This document shows positions 58,133 to 64,000 of a stretch of DNA of 64,000 nt, piece after piece. The stretch covers positions 140,850-204,849 of the forward strand of contig CASZWJ010000001.1 of the NCBI GenBank assembly GCA_949493535.1, written 5' to 3'. Below the pieces are notes generated by a model that made no database searches, was not told where the DNA came from, and worked only from the letters and a program-made list of their open reading frames with translations. This DNA comes from an uncultured Alphaproteobacteria bacterium (lineage in GTDB: Bacteria > Pseudomonadota > Alphaproteobacteria > RF32 > CAG-239). Position 1 is the stretch's first letter. Each line of letters opens with the position of its first letter. A program made the position numbers and the translations under genes.

Positions 58133-58495
58133 ATGATTTCTTTTATTAAAAACAATATTTTGACTCTTTGCTGTATGACAATAATGATTTTATTGGGTAC
58201 GGCAGACGGTGCTCTCGCTGCCGGAACCTATGATTTGATGGGTACTGCGCAGATGAAAGCTGTTGCTGTATTCAAATCTGTAAAAACGATTATCTTTGTT
58301 GTCGGCGGTTTCGGTTTGGTTGCTTTGGCTTTCATGGCTATTTTCGGCAAACTGGACTGGAAAAAATTCTCAATGCTGGCTGTCGGTTTGGCTATTTTGG
58401 CTGCTGCCGGCGCTATCGTTGACTATGCAACCGGCGATGATGCTGGAGCGGATTTCAGTGATAGTTTTGGGAAAAGTGCACAGTCGTCGATTTAA
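58133..58495 (+). CDS. TrbC/VirB2-like pilin-type small membrane protein
   Basis: Signal peptide ending ALA-AG, then two hydrophobic segments and an acidic tail. 120 aa. The fold guess comes from topology only. Confidence 0.35.
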   Translation: MISFIKNNILTLCCMTIMILLGTADGALAAGTYDLMGTAQMKAVAVFKSVKTIIFVVGGFGLVALAFMAIFGKLDWKKFSMLAVGLAILAAAGAIVDYATGDDAGADFSDSFGKSAQSSI

Positions 58496-58551
58496 AAATG
58501 TTGTTTGATTAAAATTGTATTCAATTTCTCTTTAATATATTTAGCAGCTCG

Positions 58552-58590
58552 GAGCAGCAGGCAACCAGCATTCCTGCTGCTCTTTTGTTT
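58552..58590 (+). terminator. rho-independent terminator after the pilin-like gene
   Basis: Perfect 10-bp stem GAGCAGCAGG / CCTGCTGCTC followed by TTTTGTTT. Confidence 0.75.
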
Positions 58591-59059
58591 AGAGCGAGTG
58601 GAATTTTTCTAATTCGAGCAGTTTTTGTTTGATGTCCAGACCGCCGGCATATCCGACTAGTTTTCCGTTTGAGCCGATGACTCTGTGGCAGGGAATGATT
58701 ATGCCTATAGGATTTTTGTTATTGGCCATGCCGATTGCACGGCAGGCTTTCGGATTACTTATTTTAACGGCCATGTCTTTATAAGAAGCCGTTTGCCCGT
58801 AGGGAATAGTCAGGAGGGCTTGCCATGCCGCTTGTTGAAATGTTGTTCCTTGGGGGGCTAACGGCAGTTCAAAAGTTTTACGGTAGCCGTTGAAGTATTG
58901 TTGCAGTTGCAGCCATGCTTCTTTTATCAGTTTGGTTTCTTTAATTTCGGCATTTTGCGGTAGTTTGGGGCTGTTGCCAAAATTGCAGTTTGTCAATTTA
59001 TTATTCTCTTCAGCCAAAGTCAGCAAACCGAACGGCGATTCATAAGAGTATTTAAACAT
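58589..59059 (-). CDS. ogt: methylated-DNA--protein-cysteine methyltransferase
   Basis: Active-site IPCHRVIGSNGKLVGYAGG. Confidence 0.85.
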   Translation of the reverse strand: MFKYSYESPFGLLTLAEENNKLTNCNFGNSPKLPQNAEIKETKLIKEAWLQLQQYFNGYRKTFELPLAPQGTTFQQAAWQALLTIPYGQTASYKDMAVKISNPKACRAIGMANNKNPIGIIIPCHRVIGSNGKLVGYAGGLDIKQKLLELEKFHSL

Positions 59060-59062
59060 GGC

Positions 59063-59836
59063 TTATTTTTTATTTAACGGAGAATCTTTTATGCCGATGC
59101 GGCCGATAAAAGGGAGCTTTAATGCCGGACGATAAAAATCAATACCGAAAGTCATGCCCAACAGGTTGACTTCTATGCCCTCGGCTTTTCCTATCGTTAT
59201 GCCAAACAAGCCCCAGAGCGAAAGCTGATAGCCGCTGCCGCTTTCCGAATTTCCGAAAAAATCGCCTTTGTTTATCCAGTCTTTGCCGATAGCATGCGGC
59301 GGCAATTCAACGGTCAGTTCGGGAGTGTTGCGGATGATATTGGCAATAAATGAATTGCTGTTTGGGCCGGGCCAGACATTGTAATAAGTTTTATAGGGGT
59401 AATCGTTTACATATTTGATGATTTTGGGTATTGCCCGCTCAGCTTTTTCCCCGCGGATTTCTTCAATCAATTCGGGTTTGGAGCCATACCAATAACGGTC
59501 GGGAATGTCTTGTTTGACAACAACGGCGTTACCGGAGAAATAAAGATTCCAGCCCATAACCTGATAAGTAACGTAGTAATCGGCATCTTTTTCTTTCGTG
59601 GCTATCCAACTGTGTACGGACAGATAACCGCGCCAGTTGATCGTGCGGGCCGCATAGACCTGTACAACCGCTTCCGAAACTTCTGACGGTGCCGGAGCTA
59701 TTCCGGCGCTGTCTCTTCTGGCTGTCCGCCAATCTCTGTGTGTTAGAATCATGCTGATAATTAGTCCGGTCAAAAATACGCCAAGCAGATATTTATAAAA
59801 AGTTTTGTTTTTTAAGAAACATAAGTTAATTTTCAT
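59063..59836 (-). CDS. hypothetical membrane-anchored protein (DUF3750-like?)
   Basis: N-terminal TM, 257 aa. Starts 3 nt upstream of ogt, i.e. operonic. Confidence 0.45.
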   Translation of the reverse strand: MKINLCFLKNKTFYKYLLGVFLTGLIISMILTHRDWRTARRDSAGIAPAPSEVSEAVVQVYAARTINWRGYLSVHSWIATKEKDADYYVTYQVMGWNLYFSGNAVVVKQDIPDRYWYGSKPELIEEIRGEKAERAIPKIIKYVNDYPYKTYYNVWPGPNSNSFIANIIRNTPELTVELPPHAIGKDWINKGDFFGNSESGSGYQLSLWGLFGITIGKAEGIEVNLLGMTFGIDFYRPALKLPFIGRIGIKDSPLNKK

Positions 59837-59853
59837 AATATAGATATTCCTGA

Positions 59854-61218
59854 TTATATAAAACTCAAGCTTTGGCTGGTTTTTGCAATATCCGTGGTTA
59901 TTTTGCGCGCATCTTCTTCCAGTTCCATATTTTCAAAGATATACAATGCGTCATGAAAATAATCGAGGGCTTCTTCCAGCAGGGCTTTATCAGAATTATG
60001 TTTGCCGAGGCGGTAATAGATTTCGCCGATGCTTTCCTGAATCTTTGCCCAAGATAACGGATCTCGTTTTTCCGTAATGACTTTTTGCCGGTTTTTATAG
60101 CAGGCGATAGCCAGTTCAGAGATGTCTTCGCTGTGGCTGAAACTTCCCAGAAGCGCCAGCATGTGAGCCAGTTCGCCTTGAATATTTGCCCAAAATTCAG
60201 GGAAAAGCGCATAGGTATAAATTTTTTCTGCTTCGCGTAACTGGAAGACGGCATCTCTTAAAGCCTGAATATCTTCTTTTTGGCGCCAGTAGTTAAAAAA
60301 CAGGTGTGACAACCGGTATGAGATATAGCCGTAGTCGTAAGGGTAGTTGTATTTGCTTAAATATTTCTGGGCTTGGCGGAAATAATTGATAGCGTTTTTG
60401 AAATGGGAATCCGGGCGGCGCAACGAATATTCGCCGGCATTGTCATACAGCTGGGCTATGTGGTTGTAAATGCAGCCGAGATGAATGGGGTTTTTTATTA
60501 GATCCTGATGTTTCAGCGCCGTATCAAACAGATTTTTTACAATTTTATAGTCTTTGACATCTCCGCGGTCATAGGCATAGCTCAAATAGATAATGCCCAG
60601 AATATTCATCACATAAGGCATATATTCAATAGACAATGTTTTTGCGGAATTGTCTTTTGACAGCAGGTTGATGTTTTTTTTAAGCAGAAATTTTTTCTGA
60701 ATCTTTGCCTGTTTATCTTTCGGATTTATTGCGCTGATAATGGCACCGTATATCAGGTTGCCGAGAGCTGGCGGAAATTTTTCCGGATTTGCCGCAATGT
60801 CTGCCGGAATGTAAAAACTGTCCATTAATGAGACAAAAGCATTATCTTCTTTTTCATATTGGTTAGTATTTTGGAAATTGATACGTATTTTTTCGCCTTC
60901 GCGGTAGCCCCAAACCAAGACATCTGCACCGGTCTTGTCAATAATCTCCTGCCCTTTGTCTATCAGGTCAAAAAGGGTTCTGCTATCCAGATTGAGAAAG
61001 GTTTTGGAAAAGGGTTCGTCAAAATAAGTAACGCTCAGCCCTTCCTTGTTTCCCATTTGCCGTGCGATTATCTCGCCGCTGCGGCTTTCGACGCTGTCTG
61101 AAAATTCTATAATGACGGCTTTGAAATTAATTTGCTGATAAGCTGCGAAAGTGTCGTCAGCCTCAGCCGATCGGGTGACTGTATGTAATTTGTCTTTTAT
61201 CCAGTGCAGCAGCTTCAT
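59854..61218 (-). CDS. hypothetical protein with TPR-like C-terminal half (454 aa)
   Basis: ORF only. The Tyr/Leu-rich helical C-terminus resembles TPR repeats. Confidence 0.4.
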   Translation of the reverse strand: MKLLHWIKDKLHTVTRSAEADDTFAAYQQINFKAVIIEFSDSVESRSGEIIARQMGNKEGLSVTYFDEPFSKTFLNLDSRTLFDLIDKGQEIIDKTGADVLVWGYREGEKIRINFQNTNQYEKEDNAFVSLMDSFYIPADIAANPEKFPPALGNLIYGAIISAINPKDKQAKIQKKFLLKKNINLLSKDNSAKTLSIEYMPYVMNILGIIYLSYAYDRGDVKDYKIVKNLFDTALKHQDLIKNPIHLGCIYNHIAQLYDNAGEYSLRRPDSHFKNAINYFRQAQKYLSKYNYPYDYGYISYRLSHLFFNYWRQKEDIQALRDAVFQLREAEKIYTYALFPEFWANIQGELAHMLALLGSFSHSEDISELAIACYKNRQKVITEKRDPLSWAKIQESIGEIYYRLGKHNSDKALLEEALDYFHDALYIFENMELEEDARKITTDIAKTSQSLSFI

Positions 61219-61219
61219 T

Positions 61220-62296
61220 TTAGCCTCTGCCTATATTGTTTTTTATATCTTCGATATTTTGGCGAATATCATCTATGAAATCTTTGTTGATTTCTTTCAG
61301 CCCTTTATCCGGCGTTTGCCAGTTTTTAAGTTTGTTCAGGAACCATGCGCCGAGAACTATACTTAATGCCGGAAGAGAATAAGCATTCGGCGAATAAAGC
61401 TGGAAACAGCCGATAATAATGAAAACTATTTGTAATTTGAATAAAAAGGTGCAGATTTCAACCGGCGACAAACCGGATATGTTGGCCTGATAGTAGGTTG
61501 TGTTGGCCGTTAAACTTTCATAGCGGTCGCGCAATGATATTTTTTTTACGGCAGACTGAAGCAATTCCAAAATGTAAAAAGCAATAAAGATAAAATTACA
61601 CGGAGCGAGCCCTTCGGCACTGCTGAAAACAAGAAGCCAGCCGATAACGAATCCTAAAACTTTGCAGGAATCCTGTGTCAGGCTCAAGCGCGCCGGATAC
61701 CAATTAAGGATGAGAAAGCTGCCGCTGACAGACATCAGCGAGATTGCAACCATTGTGTAAAACAGCGGAATGGCGTCAATGATGCCGAAAACGGCAAATG
61801 CGGCTCCGATACAAAATGTCTGGGTGCCGATGAGGCCGTCAACGCCATTGAGGATATAGTAAAAATTGCTGAATAAAAACCATATGGATAAAATGCAGAT
61901 ACGGTCAAGCCAGAAAGGCAGGTGCCCGTTAAACATTAAAAAGTCCGCAGGCAGCAGAAAAACTGAAATTCCGGCGGCCAGAAGGATTGCAGCCGGAGTA
62001 AAGCGGGCGATTTTCGGCAAGAGGGAAACGGCATAAACGGCGCCGGCCAGCAACAACGGAACAATTACCTGCAACCAGCCTATTTCATGAATAAAATCCC
62101 TTTGGGTGGGCGTGACGGCATATGCTAAAGAAAAGCAAATGAGGCAGCTCAGGTAGAAAGGGGCTGCGGCAAGGTTTTTTTTGAGAGACGCCATGTTTTC
62201 GGGAAAAGACATTTTTATATATGCCAGAGAACCGATAAAACTTATAAAAAAGCTGGCAAAAAAAGTTCCGAGAGTCAGAATAAGCCAGGTTTCCAT
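61220..62296 (-). CDS. polyprenyl-phosphate sugar-phosphate transferase-like (MraY/WecA GT4 family)
   Basis: About 10 TM. NFYYILNGVDGLIG resembles the N..N..DG.DGL motif. Confidence 0.45.
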   Translation of the reverse strand: METWLILTLGTFFASFFISFIGSLAYIKMSFPENMASLKKNLAAAPFYLSCLICFSLAYAVTPTQRDFIHEIGWLQVIVPLLLAGAVYAVSLLPKIARFTPAAILLAAGISVFLLPADFLMFNGHLPFWLDRICILSIWFLFSNFYYILNGVDGLIGTQTFCIGAAFAVFGIIDAIPLFYTMVAISLMSVSGSFLILNWYPARLSLTQDSCKVLGFVIGWLLVFSSAEGLAPCNFIFIAFYILELLQSAVKKISLRDRYESLTANTTYYQANISGLSPVEICTFLFKLQIVFIIIGCFQLYSPNAYSLPALSIVLGAWFLNKLKNWQTPDKGLKEINKDFIDDIRQNIEDIKNNIGRG

Positions 62297-62392
62297 GCCA
62301 AAATCCCTTCAATAAACAGTTATTATTTATTTTTTATAACCGTTTTCATCCTTATCTTCAAGCGGCTTTACCGCTTTATGCTAAGATAAATA

Positions 62393-63343
62393 TTATTTTT
62401 TTAACAACTGGTTGTAGTTATTTTTTATCAGTCGGCCGATTTGCGGCATTTTGCATTTGAATGTTTGGGCTTTGTTTATTAGCAGCGAATAGTAAGAATC
62501 CAGTTCCGCGGCATCATGCGCGCGCAATCGGCGGTTTTTTTTGAAGTAAAAATTGCGCGGGGTTTCAAGCAATTGCCGAAGCTGGTCGTTTTCTGAAAGC
62601 TGAATCTTTTCGAAAGCTGCCAAACGGCAGATTTCCGCGATGGCTGAAGATATTGCCTTTTTGCTTTCTTTGTTGTTTAAAATGTCTGAGATATGCTGCC
62701 TTTGCGCAGAAAAGAGATAGCCGATAATAAAAGGGGCGAAGTTTTCCCAGAAATTCTGCTGCGCATTGTTGCATCCGGCAATTTTAATATCCGAGGTTCG
62801 CAAAACGCCGGTAAGAATCTCGGTTTCTTTTTCATTTTTTGTTGTTGTCAGCGTTATTTGCGGCATTGGTCCAAAGGCTGTTAAGGCTGCGTTATCCAGT
62901 TCCAAAAAGCCTTTAAAATAGGCTTGGGACGCTTTGCTGCCGAGCAAGGGCCTTATTGTGTCCGGATTTTCAATATAATTGAAGCAAACCAGCGGACTGT
63001 TCGGGTAGGTCTTGCAGGGAAGCAGGGAAAGATTTGATTTTAGGCTGTAATGTTCTGACGCAACAATAATCAATTGCGGTTCAACGGCAATGCGCGAAGT
63101 TGCCGGAACGGTGAAGCTGTTTTTTTGCAGATTGTATTCTTCTTTGAGCGTAAAGCTGATGTTTTTTAAAGATGTTGCCGGCGCTTTGGCGTTTAATAAA
63201 AAGACATTATTGCCGCTTTGTTTGAATTTTGCCGCTAAGAACAAAGCCAGTGGGCTTTCTCCCAAAATATAGACGGGTTGTGTGCTGATTGGTTCTGCCA
63301 CAGCCGTTTCTTTTGCCTGTTGAGAAAATCTTTTAAAAAACAT
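62393..63343 (-). CDS. hypothetical Rossmann-like protein (degenerate ketopantoate-reductase/ApbA-like?)
   Basis: VYILGESPLALFLAAKF lies in the position of a dinucleotide-binding fold but lacks GxGxxG. The start codon abuts the rsmB stop (CAT/TTA). Confidence 0.3.
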   Translation of the reverse strand: MFFKRFSQQAKETAVAEPISTQPVYILGESPLALFLAAKFKQSGNNVFLLNAKAPATSLKNISFTLKEEYNLQKNSFTVPATSRIAVEPQLIIVASEHYSLKSNLSLLPCKTYPNSPLVCFNYIENPDTIRPLLGSKASQAYFKGFLELDNAALTAFGPMPQITLTTTKNEKETEILTGVLRTSDIKIAGCNNAQQNFWENFAPFIIGYLFSAQRQHISDILNNKESKKAISSAIAEICRLAAFEKIQLSENDQLRQLLETPRNFYFKKNRRLRAHDAAELDSYYSLLINKAQTFKCKMPQIGRLIKNNYNQLLKK

Positions 63344-64000
63344 TTAAGCTCCTTTTTGCAAACGGGCTATGAAAAAGGCATCGCTGCCGCCAGATGCCGC
63401 CAAGTGGCCGGGCAGGGTGCGTATAAAGCCTTCCGGAGTGATGATTTCTTCAAGGTTGCGGCCGATTTCTTGCGAATTAACCGGCTTTACGGAAAATTCG
63501 GGGTGATTTTTGATAAATTCTTCAATACGCTTTTCCCCTTCGTCTTTAGCAATTGAACAAGTGCAATAAACCAGGCTTCCGCCTTTTTTTAAAGCGTTGC
63601 CGGCAACGTCAAGAATATCTTTTTGCAGGGCTGCCAGCTTTTCAATATCCTGAAGCCGTTTGATATGGACAAGTTCCGGGTGGCGGCGGATCGTGCCGGT
63701 GGCTGAGCAGGGGGCGTCAAGCAAAATGGCGTCATATGCCGGTTCGGAAATGTTTTTCAGATATTCTAAAGCGTCGGCGCAAATGATTTCGGCGTTGAAT
63801 TTCAGCCGTTCAAGATTTTCTTTGAGTTTTTGCAGGCGCGGTTTGGAAATGTCAAGAGAGGTGACTTCGGCGCCGGCATTTATCAGCTGTGCAGTCTTGC
63901 CGCCCGGTGCGGCGCACAAATCCAAAACTTTCAGCCCTTTTATGTTTCCGAGGGTTCGGGCTGCCAGCGAAGCGGCAAAATCCTGAACCCACCATTCGCC
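63344..64000 (-). CDS. rsmB: 16S rRNA m5C methyltransferase RsmB/Sun family, C-terminal part (gene continues beyond window end)
   Basis: SAM-binding motifs DLCAAPGGKT, LDAPCSATG and the catalytic Cys region TCS. The ORF is open to the window edge. Confidence 0.7.
   Translation of the reverse strand, partial: GEWWVQDFAASLAARTLGNIKGLKVLDLCAAPGGKTAQLINAGAEVTSLDISKPRLQKLKENLERLKFNAEIICADALEYLKNISEPAYDAILLDAPCSATGTIRRHPELVHIKRLQDIEKLAALQKDILDVAGNALKKGGSLVYCTCSIAKDEGEKRIEEFIKNHPEFSVKPVNSQEIGRNLEEIITPEGFIRTLPGHLAASGGSDAFFIARLQKGA

Noticed and set aside
58587-58608. TTTAGAGCGAGTGG at the ogt 3' end resembles the element's TAGAGCGATTTT arm.
   Set aside because: It is the coding sequence for the Ogt C-terminus (…FHSL*). 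Only 8 nt match, with no partner arm or core.
62393-63343. Considered calling the 316-aa protein TrkA, because a sun-trkA-like arrangement occurs in some genomes.
   Set aside because: It lacks a GxGxxG NAD-binding motif and is too short for TrkA. Left as Rossmann-like hypothetical.

Overview
The window looks like a contiguous piece of an AT-rich (about 40% GC) proteobacterial chromosome. Gene content and order (rpsF-rpsR-rplI, rimP-nusA-infB-rbfA ... truB-rpsO-pnp, GroEL beginning MAAKDIKF) suggest an alphaproteobacterium, possibly an intracellular or symbiotic lineage, since Sel1 and DUF1566-like proteins are present. I could not run any database search, so this placement is inference. Most of the 64 kb is housekeeping: ribosomal proteins, class Ia ribonucleotide reductase (nrdAB), gmk, cysK, lptF/G, infB, pnp, ychF, pth, murJ, typA, htpG, groESL, rsmB. 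Two tRNAs are present, tRNA-Gly(GCC) and tRNA-Ser(CGA); each is followed 140-220 bp downstream by a direct repeat of its own 3' end. Next to the tRNA-Ser locus sits a small serine recombinase whose upstream region carries inverted repeats and a perfect consensus promoter (res-like or switch-like), followed by a VirB2/TrbC-like pilin ORF. The most unusual signal is not in any single gene. A dispersed family of about 90-bp nested-palindromic intergenic elements (Correia/REP/MITE-like) has terminal inverted repeats TAGAGCGATTTT...AAATCACTCTA and a conserved central hairpin core CATGTAC-N6-GTACAC. At least 10 full or partial copies lie in 3'-UTRs and intercistronic spacers of highly expressed operons (rpsO-pnp, groES-groEL, after infB, rplY, ychF, rplI, lptG, ampG, and upstream of typA). 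The outer stems show compensatory base changes between copies. Other items worth a second look: an insertion of a hypothetical gene plus pyrE inside the otherwise conserved rbfA-truB junction; a 341-aa protein paired with a Dgt-like dGTPase; an SPFH protein paired with a SHOCT-TM2 protein; a NaChBac-like channel with a TLDGWAS filter; and several orphan acidic or lysine-rich ORFs.
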